Notes: generated from the sequence alone by a model not told the origin. A stretch of 57,266 nucleotides of DNA from an uncultured Bacilli bacterium (GCA_947627925.1 CANQXW010000004.1:1-57266), one strand, 5' to 3'. Counted from the stretch's first letter, positions 1 through 11,400 are shown. Numbers and translations: made by a program.

Positions 1-117
1 AAGCTTGCCTTTGTTTCTTATCATCCCATTTGCATTAGCAAATGCAAAAACTGACATTTTAAAAAAATCTTAACACTATTTTTTGCTTATTTTTAAGGAA
101 AAAATGTCGTTTTTATC

Positions 118-981
118 CTACTTAATTTTAATTACTAATCTTCCCTCTTTATTTCTAAAATTATAAAGGGCTAATTCATGATTTTTTTCTTTATATAATA
201 CATAACCTTCATAATCAGCGTTTAATTTATTACCATTAAAAACTTTCTTATAAATATTATCTTCTTCTTGAATATTTATGACTTCAACATCTAAAACATC
301 TTCAATCTTTAATTTATGAAAATTTCCTTTTTCAATATCTTCTAAAGTAGAAGACATAGTAAGAGGAAACTCTCCTTGTTTAGTTCTTTCTAAAGAAGAC
401 ATCGTACCAATTGTATTTAGTTGATCACAAATAGTTTGAATTAGACTTCTAATATACGTTCCTTTACTGACTCTTGCCCGAAATTTAATTATATCATCAT
501 GATAATCTAACAATTCCAATTCTTTGATAAAGACTTTATTTTGAGGTAATTTGACTTCTTCTCCACCTCGAGCATATTCATATAATCTTTTGCCATTAAC
601 TCTCTTAGCCGAATAAAGGGGAATATCTTCTAAATATTCCCCTTGTAAGTTTTCTAAAACGTCTTTTATTTGACTAACTTGTAATTGGGGAACATCCCTT
701 TTTTCTAAAATATTACCGGTAATATCTAAAGTATCCGTTTTTATTCCCAATTTAATCTTTGCAATATATTCTTTTTCCAAAGATGAAAGTAAGGGAACTA
801 ACTTAGTATATTTATTAGTAAGACAAACTAAAATACCAGTAGCCATGGGGTCTAAAGTGCCCGTATGGCCAATCTTTTTAATTTTTAATATCTTTTCTAA
901 ATCATTAATGACTTTGCGACTAGTGGGTCCCGATTCTTTATTAACTAAAATGATATAATTATCCATTTTATTTACTCGCAA
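118..981 (-). CDS. truB: tRNA pseudouridine(55) synthase TruB
   Basis: 287-aa ORF with 'LVNKESGPTS' and 'GHTGTLDPMATGIL' (catalytic Asp motif) typical of TruB. It follows rbfA as in the conserved nusA-infB-rbfA-truB operon. The ORF-track start at 981 is TTG; the ATG at 966 (MDNYII...) is a likelier start. Confidence 0.92.
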   Translation of the reverse strand: MRVNKMDNYIILVNKESGPTSRKVINDLEKILKIKKIGHTGTLDPMATGILVCLTNKYTKLVPLLSSLEKEYIAKIKLGIKTDTLDITGNILEKRDVPQLQVSQIKDVLENLQGEYLEDIPLYSAKRVNGKRLYEYARGGEEVKLPQNKVFIKELELLDYHDDIIKFRARVSKGTYIRSLIQTICDQLNTIGTMSSLERTKQGEFPLTMSSTLEDIEKGNFHKLKIEDVLDVEVINIQEEDNIYKKVFNGNKLNADYEGYVLYKEKNHELALYNFRNKEGRLVIKIK

Positions 982-1537
982 TCTTTTTATTCCAAATAGA
1001 AGTATAATCTATTTCCTCAGTTTTCATATCATTAGGATCTTCTTTAAAATCGAGTTTATCTAAAAGTAACAGTAAATTAACTTCTTTTAAAGGAATTTCC
1101 ACATAAAGCTTAGAGAATCCTCCATTTTGAGCATAATTAGTCAAATATTCTAAAGTACTCTCCCATATTATTTTTTGCTCAGTTTGATAAGATTTTAATA
1201 ACGCAATTTCTTTAAGTCTTAAAGTTTTTTTATTAACCTCTATTCTTCCTAAACCAATTAATTTCCATCCGGAATAAATTTCCATAACCATAATATTTTG
1301 ATCATTTTTAATACTATCTAATACTTCTAATAATTTTTGGGAATTAGGAGAAATATCTAAAACATCTTGAGGAGGTTTTTTATAAGATTTACTAAGAATT
1401 ATTTCTAAATAAGAATCATAATAATCATGGCCATACATTTTCGTAAATAATTCATGATAAACATTTAAAATAAATTTTTCTTTTACCCAACTTATTTTTT
1501 TGTTATGAGTAATTTTCCATCGCATATTTTTTAACAT
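968..1537 (-). CDS. hypothetical protein, weakly GNAT-acetyltransferase-like
   Basis: 189-aa ORF tightly packed between rbfA and truB. The C-terminal half ('IGLGRIEV...LRLKEIALLKSYQ...FSKLYVEIPLKEVNLLLLLDKLDFKE') loosely follows the GNAT beta4-alpha3...beta6 pattern. No strong motif. Confidence 0.45.
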   Translation of the reverse strand: MLKNMRWKITHNKKISWVKEKFILNVYHELFTKMYGHDYYDSYLEIILSKSYKKPPQDVLDISPNSQKLLEVLDSIKNDQNIMVMEIYSGWKLIGLGRIEVNKKTLRLKEIALLKSYQTEQKIIWESTLEYLTNYAQNGGFSKLYVEIPLKEVNLLLLLDKLDFKEDPNDMKTEEIDYTSIWNKKIASK

Positions 1538-1546
1538 AATGTCCCT

Positions 1547-1888
1547 CTAATCTTGATGAATTTTTTTAATAATATTTTCAATATTTGAGGCATATTCAAT
1601 CGAAGTATCGTAAATAAAATGTAGTTCGGGAATATTTCGCACTTCTAAAACTTTAGCTAGTTCTCCCCGCAAGAAAGAAGATGCTTCATTTACTTCTTTC
1701 TCTAAAGTTTCATGAGGTAAGTCGCTAATACTCGTAAAATATACTTTGGCATAACTTAAATCTTTACTCGTTTCCACCGCGGTTAAAGTAATCGTTTTAA
1801 GTAATTCATCACGCGATTCTAACATAATAATATTACTTAAATATTTTAAAATATCACTACTAATTCTTTCAATTTTATGATTAGCCAT
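1547..1888 (-). CDS. rbfA: ribosome-binding factor A
   Basis: 113-aa ORF overlapping the infB stop. Sequence 'RISSDILKYLSNII...LTAVETSKDLSYAKVYF...IPELHFIYD' matches the RbfA pattern, and the operon position fits. Confidence 0.9.
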   Translation of the reverse strand: MANHKIERISSDILKYLSNIIMLESRDELLKTITLTAVETSKDLSYAKVYFTSISDLPHETLEKEVNEASSFLRGELAKVLEVRNIPELHFIYDTSIEYASNIENIIKKIHQD

Positions 1889-3989
1889 GAGAAACCTCGA
1901 CTAATTCAAAGACCTCTAGAGTATCGCCTTCTTTTATATCATTATACATTTCTAAAGTTAAACCACATTCAAAACCTTTTTTGATTTCTTTAGTGGATTC
2001 TTTGCCTCTTTGCAAAGTAGCTACTTTATCTTCACAAATAACAATACCATCTCTAATTACCCGAACACTAGAGTTACTCTTAATTAAACCATCGGTAACA
2101 TAACAACCGGCAATATTACCAATTTTGGAATATTTGAATATTTTTCTGATTTCCACAGTACCAATAATTTTTTCTTCAAATTCGGGATCAAGCATACCAG
2201 TTAAAGCTTGTTCCATTTCTTCCACTAATTTATAAATAATCGTATAAAGACGAATATCAACATTATATTCTTTAGCTATTTCTTTAGTGATATTGCTTGG
2301 AACAACATTAAAGCCAATAATAATGGCATTCGAAGCATTAGCTAAAATAACATCTGATTCTGTAATTGTCCCAATACCACTTCGAATAATTTTAATGACA
2401 ACATCGCCCACTTTAATTTTTTCAAGAGCACTACGAACAGCTTCTTCACTACCTCGAACATCCGCTTTTAAAATAATATTGACTTCTTTTTCGCCACCTT
2501 CAATTTTCTTAAATAAATCATCTAAAGAAACCACATCTTGTTTATATTTAGAAGCATTAAGATTCTTTCTTTTACTAGCAATTTCTTTCGCTTTACTTTC
2601 GGTTTCAAAAGCCATAAATTTATCCCCAGCTGAAGGATTATCAGAAATACCGGTAACTTCAACAGGCATTGATGGACCAGCTTCCACAATAGATTCGCCT
2701 AAATCATTTTTCATCGTTCTTACTTTACCAAAATACTCTCCAACCACAATAGGGTCCCCTATTCTTAAAGTACCATTTTGAATGATGAAAGAAGCAACCC
2801 CGCCAATATTTTTATCCATCCTCGACTCAATAACGGTACCCGTTGCATAACGGTTAGGATTGGCTTTATAATTATTAATTTCGGCGAGAGTTTCAATCGT
2901 TTCCAGTAATAAATCTACGCCTTCTCCTGTATGAGCGGAAATGTTGATAAATGGCACATCGCCACCCCAAGCTTCTGGGGTAATTCCTCTTTCGGCCATT
3001 CCCGTTAAGATTTTTTCCGGATTAGCCTCTGGTTTATCAATTTTATTAACCGCCACAATTATTGGGACACCCGCACTTTTAGCATGGTCAATTGCTTCTT
3101 CCGTTTGCGGCATAACCCCATCATCAGCAGCAACAATGATAATAACAATATCAGTTACACTAGCTCCTCTTGCTCGCATCTCAGTAAAAGCGGCATGACC
3201 GGGTGTATCAATGAAGGTTATTTTATTTCCATTATGATCAATTTGATAAGCACCAATATGTTGGGTAATCCCTCCAAACTCTCCATCAACAACATGAGAA
3301 TGACGAATGTAATCTAGAAGAGTTGTTTTACCATGATCAACATGACCCATAATAGTTACTATTGGAGGTCTTTTAACTAAATCTTCTTCTTTGTCAACTA
3401 TTTCAAATTCTTCAAAATTAGCTAAATCTTGGGTTTCTTCTTTCTTTAAAGTTTTACCATAATCTAAAACTACTATCTCGGCATTTTCATAATCAATAGA
3501 GTCATTTAAATTAAGCATTAAACCAAGACCCATTAACTTTTTAATAATGTCGGTGCCACTCACATCAAGACTATTCGCAAGTTCGCTTACAGTCATTCCT
3601 TGTTTGTATAAAATAATATCATCGCTAACTTCTTCATTACTCATTAATTTTTCTTTATGCTTATACATCTCTTTTTTCAAGATATTATAGTTCTCTTTAT
3701 TTTCGGATTCGGTATCTTTCTTTTTTAGTTTTTGCCGTTTTGAAGTGTTAGATTCCGTAATATTCTTACTTTCCATAATATCCATGGCAATATTTTCAAC
3801 CATTTCATCTTCATCATAAGTAATCTCATCGTCAGTACTAATCAAGTTTAAAACACTATCTAAGATAACAACACTATCATCATTTAGAATATCATCACCA
3901 GATGTGGCTTTAATTCCTAATTCGCTACACTTTTTTAAAACTTCAGCCACTGATAGATTTAAACTTTTAGCATATTCTTTTACACTCAT
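1881..3989 (-). CDS. infB: translation initiation factor IF-2
   Basis: 702 aa. GTPase motifs '[12 protein letters not shown]', 'DTPGH' and 'NKID'. Located downstream of nusA/ylxR. Confidence 0.97.
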   Translation of the reverse strand: MSVKEYAKSLNLSVAEVLKKCSELGIKATSGDDILNDDSVVILDSVLNLISTDDEITYDEDEMVENIAMDIMESKNITESNTSKRQKLKKKDTESENKENYNILKKEMYKHKEKLMSNEEVSDDIILYKQGMTVSELANSLDVSGTDIIKKLMGLGLMLNLNDSIDYENAEIVVLDYGKTLKKEETQDLANFEEFEIVDKEEDLVKRPPIVTIMGHVDHGKTTLLDYIRHSHVVDGEFGGITQHIGAYQIDHNGNKITFIDTPGHAAFTEMRARGASVTDIVIIIVAADDGVMPQTEEAIDHAKSAGVPIIVAVNKIDKPEANPEKILTGMAERGITPEAWGGDVPFINISAHTGEGVDLLLETIETLAEINNYKANPNRYATGTVIESRMDKNIGGVASFIIQNGTLRIGDPIVVGEYFGKVRTMKNDLGESIVEAGPSMPVEVTGISDNPSAGDKFMAFETESKAKEIASKRKNLNASKYKQDVVSLDDLFKKIEGGEKEVNIILKADVRGSEEAVRSALEKIKVGDVVIKIIRSGIGTITESDVILANASNAIIIGFNVVPSNITKEIAKEYNVDIRLYTIIYKLVEEMEQALTGMLDPEFEEKIIGTVEIRKIFKYSKIGNIAGCYVTDGLIKSNSSVRVIRDGIVICEDKVATLQRGKESTKEIKKGFECGLTLEMYNDIKEGDTLEVFELVEVSHG

Positions 3990-4008
3990 TTTTTCTCCTC
4001 CTTATCTT

Positions 4009-4302
4009 TTATAATAAATTATTTAATTCTTCATAAATTTCTTCTTTAACTTCTGTTTCTAAAACTTTATCTAATATTTTACTTTGTTTGGCTTTAAGAA
4101 AAACTTCTTTATCTTTTTTTAAATAAGCTCCTCGGCCATTTTTCTTTCCGGTTAAATCAATTTCTACTTCTCCTAAAGGACTTCTTACCACTCTTACTAA
4201 ATCTTTTTTTTCCCATTTTTCTCTAGTGACAATACAAGTCCGCATCGGAATTTTCTTAGTCTTTATAAGAATCACCTTCTTACTCTTTGTTACCTTCTTC
4301 AT
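4009..4302 (-). CDS. ylxR: YlxR/RnpM-family RNA-binding protein (DUF448)
   Basis: 97 aa with 'PMRTCIVTREKWEKKDLVRVV...GRGAYL', the YlxR signature. Sits between nusA and infB. Confidence 0.85.
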   Translation of the reverse strand: MKKVTKSKKVILIKTKKIPMRTCIVTREKWEKKDLVRVVRSPLGEVEIDLTGKKNGRGAYLKKDKEVFLKAKQSKILDKVLETEVKEEIYEELNNLL

Positions 4303-5398
4303 TTATTTGCGATAAGGTCTTTATTTCTAATTTATATTTAGTTAATTTACTAGCTAAGCGAATATTACTTCCCTTTTTGCCAATAGCTAAAGATAAATTA
4401 TCATCCGTTACAATGGCTAAGGCTTCCTTTTTCTCTTCATCAGTTATATTTACAATAACATTTTTAGCCGGAGATAAGGAATTAGCAATAAAGGTTGCCG
4501 GATCTTCATCATATAAAACTAAATCGACTCTTTCACCATTAAGTTCTTTTAAAATTCCCGCAATACGGCTACCTTTTTCTCCAATACAAGCTCCGATAGC
4601 GTCAACTCTTTCATTGGTAGAATAAACCGCTACTTTACTTCTATTACCAGCATCTCTCGCAACACCATATAACACAATGGTACCATCTTGTAATTCGGGA
4701 ATAAATGATTCAAATAATCTTTTAACAAAACCATAATGTTTTCTTGATGTCATAATAACCGGTCCTTTAGTACCATTCTCCACTTTTGTAATATATACTC
4801 TTATATTAGAACCCATTTTAATTGTTTCGCCAGGAATAATTTCAGATTTAGGCAAAATACCTCTTGTTCTTCCTAAATCAATATAATAATTTCGTTGATC
4901 TTCCATTGCTACAAGGCCTAACATTAATTCATATTCTTTATCGGCAAATTCTTCAATAATACTATTTTTTTCCGCTTCTCTAATTTTTTGGGTCACAACT
5001 TGTTTGGCTGTGCCAGCCGCTACTCTACCAAAATCTTTAGGAGTTACTTCTTTTTCAATGGTATCTCCCACTTTAGCCTTAGGATCTATCTTTAAGGCAT
5101 CTTCTAAAAGGATTTGGGCATCAATATTAATCTCTGGTGGAACATCAATAACATTTCCTTCTTCATCAACTGTTTCGCTTCCTTCATCTATTTCCGGAAC
5201 AACTACTAAATAAGAAAATACTTTTATTTCTCCCGTTTCTCTATTAATATCCACTCTTACATTAGTCTTTGAATCAAAATTCTTTTTATAAGCTGTTTGT
5301 AATGCTAAAGTCATTGCTTCATAAACAACATCAGGACTAATATTTTTTTCTTTAACTATATTATCTACTGCTTTAATAAATTCTTTACTATCCATCAT
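4280..5398 (-). CDS. nusA: transcription termination/antitermination factor NusA
   Basis: 372 aa with an N-terminal domain, S1-like and two KH-like regions ('GACIGEKGSRI', 'LAIGKKGSNIRLASKLT'). Start overlaps the rimP stop (ATGA). Confidence 0.95.
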   Translation of the reverse strand: MMDSKEFIKAVDNIVKEKNISPDVVYEAMTLALQTAYKKNFDSKTNVRVDINRETGEIKVFSYLVVVPEIDEGSETVDEEGNVIDVPPEINIDAQILLEDALKIDPKAKVGDTIEKEVTPKDFGRVAAGTAKQVVTQKIREAEKNSIIEEFADKEYELMLGLVAMEDQRNYYIDLGRTRGILPKSEIIPGETIKMGSNIRVYITKVENGTKGPVIMTSRKHYGFVKRLFESFIPELQDGTIVLYGVARDAGNRSKVAVYSTNERVDAIGACIGEKGSRIAGILKELNGERVDLVLYDEDPATFIANSLSPAKNVIVNITDEEKKEALAIVTDDNLSLAIGKKGSNIRLASKLTKYKLEIKTLSQINEEGNKE

Positions 5399-5691
5399 TC
5401 TAAACCTCTTTCCTTACTTATTACATCTAATATGTATTCACTATCATATACATCATATTCATTAACAATGGGATCTATTATATGAGTTGCTTCCACAATA
5501 CCATCCACATCAATTCCGCCCACTTTGTCTAAAACAACCGTTAAAAATTGATATTTGCCCCGCTTTTCTAAATAAACCTCATCCACAATTATTTCTTTTT
5601 CCTTTAAAGCTTCTTCCAAAGCTTTTTTTAATTCTTCCACTACCTTTACCACCTCAAAACTATAAATAAAAGTGGGCATTTTGCATCCCAC
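5395..5691 (-). CDS. rimP: ribosome maturation factor RimP, N-terminal domain only (short form)
   Basis: 94-98 aa directly upstream of nusA. 'IVDEVYLEKRGKYQFLTVVLDK..GIDVDGIVEATHIIDPIV' resembles the RimP N-domain. It stops where the usual ~150-aa protein would continue. The ORF-track start is GTG; an ATG lies 4 codons in. Confidence 0.65.
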   Translation of the reverse strand: MGCKMPTFIYSFEVVKVVEELKKALEEALKEKEIIVDEVYLEKRGKYQFLTVVLDKVGGIDVDGIVEATHIIDPIVNEYDVYDSEYILDVISKERGLE

Positions 5692-5970
5692 TTAAATCTG
5701 TATCTAAATTATAGCAAATTTTTTCCTATTAAACAAGCAATTTTTGCTATTTATAGGTCAAAAACATATATGCCAAACAAAAAAGAAGTAAAAACTCCCT
5801 TTATGTTTAATATACCGAATTTTTAATTATTATTAATATGGTATAGAATATATACCATATTAATGTGTGATATTTTGGTATGTCTTAATATTAATATATT
5901 TAAAAACTTTTTTAAAGAGTTATTACTATTCTTTACACTTTTTATTGTATATTTACCTATTCATCGTTAA

Positions 5971-6480
5971 TCATTTTAATAAACCATTATGGACAAGTTT
6001 AGTTTCACTTACCGCCATAAAAGCATTTTCATCAAAACTTTTGACAATATTAGTTAACTCTTTTAATTTATTATTATTAATTTGAATATATAACATATCT
6101 TTTTCATGACCATCATAATCATCTTTTAAAGAAATGACCGAAACAGCATAACCAGACTTTCTTAATTTTCTCACTAGTTTCTCAGCCCTATCTTTTAAAA
6201 TAATTTGGACTCCTACTACTCCTTTAATATATTTATTGGATAACTTTGACCCAATATAAGTACCAGTTGCATAACCACCCGCATAAAATACGGCAATTAA
6301 AAACATATTCCCCGTTGTATTAATGGCCTCTCTAGCCACAATATACCAAATAAAGACTTCAAAAAAAGCAATAATAAACGGTTCAATAGTTTTTCCTTTC
6401 ACAAAAAAAACTGTTCTTATCGTTCCTAAAGTAACATCTACAATTCTCGCTGTAAAAATTTGCAAACACTTTAGTAACAT
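5971..6480 (-). CDS. UPF0316/DUF2179-family membrane protein
   Basis: 169 aa. The N-terminal TM region 'IFTARIVDVTLGTIRTVFFVKGK' is the hallmark of the UPF0316 family. The C-terminal part is a soluble DUF2179-like domain. Confidence 0.7.
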   Translation of the reverse strand: MLLKCLQIFTARIVDVTLGTIRTVFFVKGKTIEPFIIAFFEVFIWYIVAREAINTTGNMFLIAVFYAGGYATGTYIGSKLSNKYIKGVVGVQIILKDRAEKLVRKLRKSGYAVSVISLKDDYDGHEKDMLYIQINNNKLKELTNIVKSFDENAFMAVSETKLVHNGLLK

Positions 6481-6495
6481 AACAGTCCTTTCTAG

Positions 6496-6693
6496 TTAAA
6501 TTGTAAAAGCAACGATTAAGACCAAAAGAATAAAAAATAGAATAAAACCAAGGATAAATCCCCACATGATGGCATCGCCTGATTCTTCTCTTCTTTCAAT
6601 GAGTTCATTATCATGATTATACATTTCACTTTTTAATTTAACATTATTTGGTTGTTTATCTTTTTCTAGTACACCCTTTTTATTATCTATCAT
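6496..6693 (-). CDS. small hypothetical membrane protein
   Basis: 65-aa ORF with one C-terminal hydrophobic helix ('WGFILGFILFFILLVLIVAF'). No homology recognised. Confidence 0.4.
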   Translation of the reverse strand: MIDNKKGVLEKDKQPNNVKLKSEMYNHDNELIERREESGDAIMWGFILGFILFFILLVLIVAFTI

Positions 6694-6774
6694 TATTCTT
6701 CCTACTTTCTATAAAAATTATACCAAAAATATTTTAAAAATAAATATTTTCTTCCAAATTATTTTTACTAAAAA

Positions 6775-7956
6775 TTATTTAATGTTTTTATCATACTCAA
6801 TATCTGATACTTCATATTTTCGATGACTAGAAATATAATTCATGACTTTAATAGAAGCCCAGCCAATTAAAGCTAAAGCAAAGAAATACCAAAATCCAAA
6901 AAAGGAGAATGTTGGAGCTTCACTAGTAAATAATTCCAAAATTGCAGCCCCAGCAGACATCGAAGTAACAATAGTTAAGTTTTCCACACTCTTACTTGTA
7001 ATATCAGATTTTAAACCATTAAATAAATTTTGGGCAGAAGAAACATAATTTTTAGTCATTGTCCATAAGTATTTGATATAATCAAGCGTATCTTTTAAAG
7101 TTTCATAACGATAACCTGATATAGCTAAAAATTCCGCTAACTCCGGGTCATTTTTGGCAATCTTTTCTCGAGTACCAATATAAGTACTCATTTGGTTAAT
7201 TCGGCCATCAATTAAGTTGATAGTCTTCGCATATCCCTCTAATTTAGAAGTGAATTTCACAATCTCTGAACCCTTAACATGAGCATTTTCTTTAACTGCA
7301 TCAATTTTTTCCCAAATAATACGATGTAAATTTAAATAACGATGTAATTGACCTTTAAATTCTCTAATAAAAATTTGTTCTTCAATATATTTTTCAATAT
7401 TTTCTAATGATTGTTTTTTATTATTGATAAAATAAAACTTATCTCCTCTTAAAACATCATATTTAATATTTTCAAATTCAAAATATTTTTGATTATCAGT
7501 TCTACTCAAAAGATCAATTAAATCCTCCTTTTTAGCATTTTCACAAATAATAAAATAAGGAAAAATCGTCGTAATATTAGCAAGTTCTTTAGGAACAGGA
7601 GCTCCTAAACTAAATAAATAATTAAAGGCCGGAGATAATCTATTTTCATAATAATCTGTTGTTTTAGCCACATCAGCCAGTAAAGTATTTTCACTAACAT
7701 TGTTATTATTTAAAACGATTAAGCCATCCTCAAAAATTTTAACACTAATATCAAAAGAAGTTGTAAATTCAACATACTCTTCTCCAGATACGCCATAATC
7801 AATTTTGCCTATTTCTAAGTTTTTATGATATTCTTCTAATTTTTTATGATTTAAATTAAGTTGGGTCTTGCACGCTCTTAAAAAATCATATATTTCAGTT
7901 AATTGTAGCATGGTTCTTTGAAACCACCCACCAATATAAATGTTACTTATTTTCAT
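6775..7956 (-). CDS. hypothetical protein with C-terminal TM hairpin
   Basis: ORF 6775..8025 trimmed to the ATG at 7956 (MKISNIY...), which has an AGAGG Shine-Dalgarno 8 nt upstream. It has a large soluble N-terminal part and two C-terminal TM helices ('IVTSMSAGAAILELF', 'FFGFWYFFALALIGWASI'). Function not recognised. Confidence 0.6.
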   Translation of the reverse strand: MKISNIYIGGWFQRTMLQLTEIYDFLRACKTQLNLNHKKLEEYHKNLEIGKIDYGVSGEEYVEFTTSFDISVKIFEDGLIVLNNNNVSENTLLADVAKTTDYYENRLSPAFNYLFSLGAPVPKELANITTIFPYFIICENAKKEDLIDLLSRTDNQKYFEFENIKYDVLRGDKFYFINNKKQSLENIEKYIEEQIFIREFKGQLHRYLNLHRIIWEKIDAVKENAHVKGSEIVKFTSKLEGYAKTINLIDGRINQMSTYIGTREKIAKNDPELAEFLAISGYRYETLKDTLDYIKYLWTMTKNYVSSAQNLFNGLKSDITSKSVENLTIVTSMSAGAAILELFTSEAPTFSFFGFWYFFALALIGWASIKVMNYISSHRKYEVSDIEYDKNIK

Positions 7957-8398
7957 TTTTCTTGACCTCTTTTGTAAAAAATTTAGCATCCATGACATCA
8001 AAACCATAATTTTTATAACAGGCATGAGCAGCTGTCCGGAAATTTTTTGACCAAAGTTCTAAACAGACACAATCTCTCTCTTGGCAAATTTTATAACATT
8101 CATCTAAAAGTTTAGTCCCTATTTTATGCCGACGATATTCATTTTTAACACATACGTGATTTAAAATAGCATAAGTGTTCATTTCTTCGTACATGGTAGG
8201 AATAATTGTTAATTTAGCATGAGCTATAATTTGACCATCCATTAAACCTACTAAATATATTTGATTAGGATCATTTTCTGTTTCTTTAAAACTTTTTAGG
8301 GCATATTCTAAAGAAGTGTTTTCCGAAAAACATTCATTACATAAAGTAATTATTCCTTCAACATCATTAATACTTGCTAATCTAAATTCTACTTTCAT
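7943..8398 (-). CDS. GNAT-family N-acetyltransferase
   Basis: 151 aa. 'ILNHVCVKNEYRRHKIGTKLLDE' is the acetyl-CoA-binding Q/RxxGxG/A-like motif, followed by 'AAHACYKNYGFD'. Confidence 0.8.
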   Translation of the reverse strand: MKVEFRLASINDVEGIITLCNECFSENTSLEYALKSFKETENDPNQIYLVGLMDGQIIAHAKLTIIPTMYEEMNTYAILNHVCVKNEYRRHKIGTKLLDECYKICQERDCVCLELWSKNFRTAAHACYKNYGFDVMDAKFFTKEVKKNENK

Positions 8399-8494
8399 AC
8401 TAACCTCTATTCTAAGATAATTATATAATAGTTTTGATAATATAGGTTAAAAGAAGTTCTTATCTTGACGTTTTAACGTCAAGAAAAAAGGAAA

Positions 8495-11400
8495 TTATTT
8501 TCTATTTCCTCTTCCAAATGTATTATTATTGGTAACATCTTGCGTAAATGACGCAAAACTAATTTTAAGCATATTCAAAGCATGTCTAAAACTTACTACA
8601 GCTTCTTCTTCATCAAGATTTAAAAATTCTGCTAATCTAGAAAGATTAAAATTTTTACCTTCCATGTAACACACAAGTAAAAATGTAAATATTACACTAT
8701 CTTTTAAAGTTTCATTTAATAATAACCTTCTAAATCGGGAAATTTTTAAAAGTTCCATGGCTTTTAGATAAATATTATTCATTTCTTCATCGCTTAAATC
8801 TGGTATAGTTTTTGAAGTAACTTCTTCAAATGCCCTTTCAGAATCAGCGGGTTCTGGTTCTTCTGCTAATATAGAAGGATCAAGAGTTTCTACTGGCTCT
8901 TCTAGTGATACTAATTCTGGAGCACCATCAGGTTCTTCTATTGTTATAGAATCATCAAGAACTTCCGTTGATTCTTCTAATGATACCAATTCAGGAGCAA
9001 CTTCATCTACATCTGGTGATAGTTCTTCTATTGATGTAGAGGTATCAAGAACTTTCGTAGACTCTTCTTGTACTACTTCTATAGTAGCATTTTCTTGTAC
9101 CGTATTAGTAGTTAAATCTTTTTCTTTTGAATCTTCTAGAACATCAAGAGTTTCTAAATTTTCTTCTTTTTCTTCACGATGACTATTTAAGAATTTTAGA
9201 AGCAAAGGAGCAATTTGGATACTAAATCGGCGTTTTCTTGATGGCGTCCATATTTGGGCATTTAACTCATCAAGATTTCTTCCCCATCTTTGATAAATAA
9301 GATCTTTATTTGATTCACCTAAAGATTCAACGGCCTTTAGCATTTCTTCTTTAGAATACTTGCTAAACATAGGCATTTCTAAAATTGGTAAAGTGAGATT
9401 TCCATAGGCGCTAACGGATTTACCATCTCTTAATCTTTCCATTATACCTATTAATCTATCGTTTAAATTTTTAGCTAAAAGTTGGGAATCTTTATATGAA
9501 CAATGGGAATTTTTAATCGGATGTTCTAAATCATCGCCCCATTTTAATTTCATTGCCGCTTTTATATTTGTGGGCAAATAATTAATTGCTTCGATGATTT
9601 CCTCCCTAGAATATTTACTTAAGGCTGGATCATTTAAAGGAGTTATTTTATCACTAGAATCATCTCTAGAACCAAATTCGGTTGTCAATAAATCAAAAAT
9701 TCTCGGATAAATATTACTATATAATTGATATTTATGACTCGTTCTCCAAATAGGACTTCTAACCGGATGTTCTAAATCAGAACCAAAGCTAAGATTTATT
9801 ATTTCTTTATAATTATCTGGCAATCTATCTATTGCCCAAAGAATTTCTTCTTTCGTATATAATTTAAAATCTTCATATGCAAAAATAGGTTTCACTTTAT
9901 TTGCCATTTTTCCACTTCCTTCTATATTATTTTTTGATTTCGTAGCTTGTTTAGGAGATGAACCTTTTTTAGAAATTTTTGGTTTTCCCCAATTTTCAAG
10001 GCGATATTTACCTTGATTTGCTTTATTAGGCCAAATACTAACTTTTATAGGAGTAAAAGATGTATGATATTCAACTATCTCTATTTCGCCTCTTTGAGCT
10101 CGCTCTTCGAGTTTTTGCCTTTCAGCTTTTCTTTTCTCTTCCATTGCTCTAACCGAAACCAAATGATAGGCATCAGCTCCATTAACCTGAGCGGGAGATT
10201 GATTAGGTTGATTTTGAGGATTGGAATCAGAAAAATCTCTTAATTTCTTAGCTCTCGATGGATGTCTTAACTTTCTTAAAGCCTTCACTTCAATTTGTCT
10301 AATCCGCTCTCTCGTAACGCCAAATTTTTTACCAACATATTCTAATGTATGCTTTTTACCATCTTCAAGGCCAAATCGTAATTTTATAACTTCAGCTTCT
10401 TTGGGAGATAAGTATTCTAATACCTCAGATATGGACTTTTGCAACATGATAAATTCTACTTCTTCTTCGGGAGTAAGTTCATTTTCATCAGCAATAAAAT
10501 CTATTAGCAAAGAATCTTCATCCTCACCGATAGGTGTTTCCAAAGATACCATTTGATAACTCTTATCTTTTAAATCCTTAACTTTCGAAACTGGTATATT
10601 CATTTCCGCGGCTAGTTCTTCATCAGTTGGTGCTCGGCCCAATTTCATTTCTAAGTTTTTTTCTACCTTATTCATATTACGCATGTTTTCAACAACATGA
10701 ACAGGTAATCTAATAGTTCTCGATTTATCAGCAATAGATCTCATAATACTTTGCCGAATCCACCAAGTTGCATAAGTCGAAAATTTGTAGCATTTCTTGT
10801 AATTATATTTTTCAACAGCTTTAATTAACCCAAGATTGCCCTCTTGAATTAAATCTAAGATATCTATTCCTTGGTCTTGATACTTGCGTATAAATCCCTT
10901 TGCCACCCAAACAACTAATCTTAAATTAGCCTCGACAAATCTATTGCGAATTTCCATATTGTCGGGATTTTCCTCTAAAATTTTTCCCAATCGTTGCTCC
11001 TCTTCCATAGTAAGCAAGGGAGTATTGCCTATTTCGATTAAATAAATTTTAAGTGAGTTAGCGGAAGAACCCCAAACGCCTTTCAATAGAGCTTCATCAC
11101 TATAATCGCGATCCTTAACTTCCACATTATTTATATTACAATAAATTTCCAAAAATAATAGTAAAGACTCTTCTTTTAAAACACCTTCTATGCCATCATT
11201 TTTAATTTCTTCCTTATGTTGAGACACTAATTCCCGAAATAATCCATTTAAAATAGCATTTCTCTTAAATAATTTAATAATTATTTCTTCTGATGGACTA
11301 TATTGTAAATCTTCTAAAAATTTAGCTAACTTTTCTAAAGAATTTGTAACATTATCTATTACTAAATTATGATCAATAAAATCCATAATAATTTGTAAAG

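Noticed and set aside
29-48. Hairpin tttgcat-tagcaa-atgcaaa downstream of truB
   Set aside because: A 7-bp AT-rich stem with no U-tract on either strand is insufficient for a terminator call.
1-57. Minus-strand ATG at 57 opening an ORF (MSVFAFANANGMIRNKGKL...) that runs off the left edge, possibly ribF-like by synteny
   Set aside because: Only 19 codons are visible, there is no Shine-Dalgarno and no recognisable motif, so it cannot be supported.
2287-3317. Plus-strand ORFs (164, 85 and 77 aa) inside infB
   Set aside because: They lie antisense within a highly conserved gene. Their translations are low-complexity Ser/Ile/Leu/Pro-rich shadows with no Shine-Dalgarno or motif.
4287-5669. Plus-strand ORFs inside nusA and rimP (112, 69 and 60 aa)
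   Set aside because: Antisense shadow ORFs of well-supported genes.
6383-6565. 60-aa ORF bridging the UPF0316 gene and the 65-aa ORF
   Set aside because: It overlaps both neighbours in another frame, with no supporting signal.
8464-8483. Hairpin cttgacgtt-tt-aacgtcaag as the terminator of the large sigma gene
   Set aside because: On the minus strand the T-run precedes rather than follows the stem, so it is not a convincing intrinsic terminator. It might still be a structural element.
10013-10556. Plus-strand ORFs (76 and 111 aa) inside the large sigma gene
   Set aside because: Antisense to the best-conserved sigma core. No independent signals.
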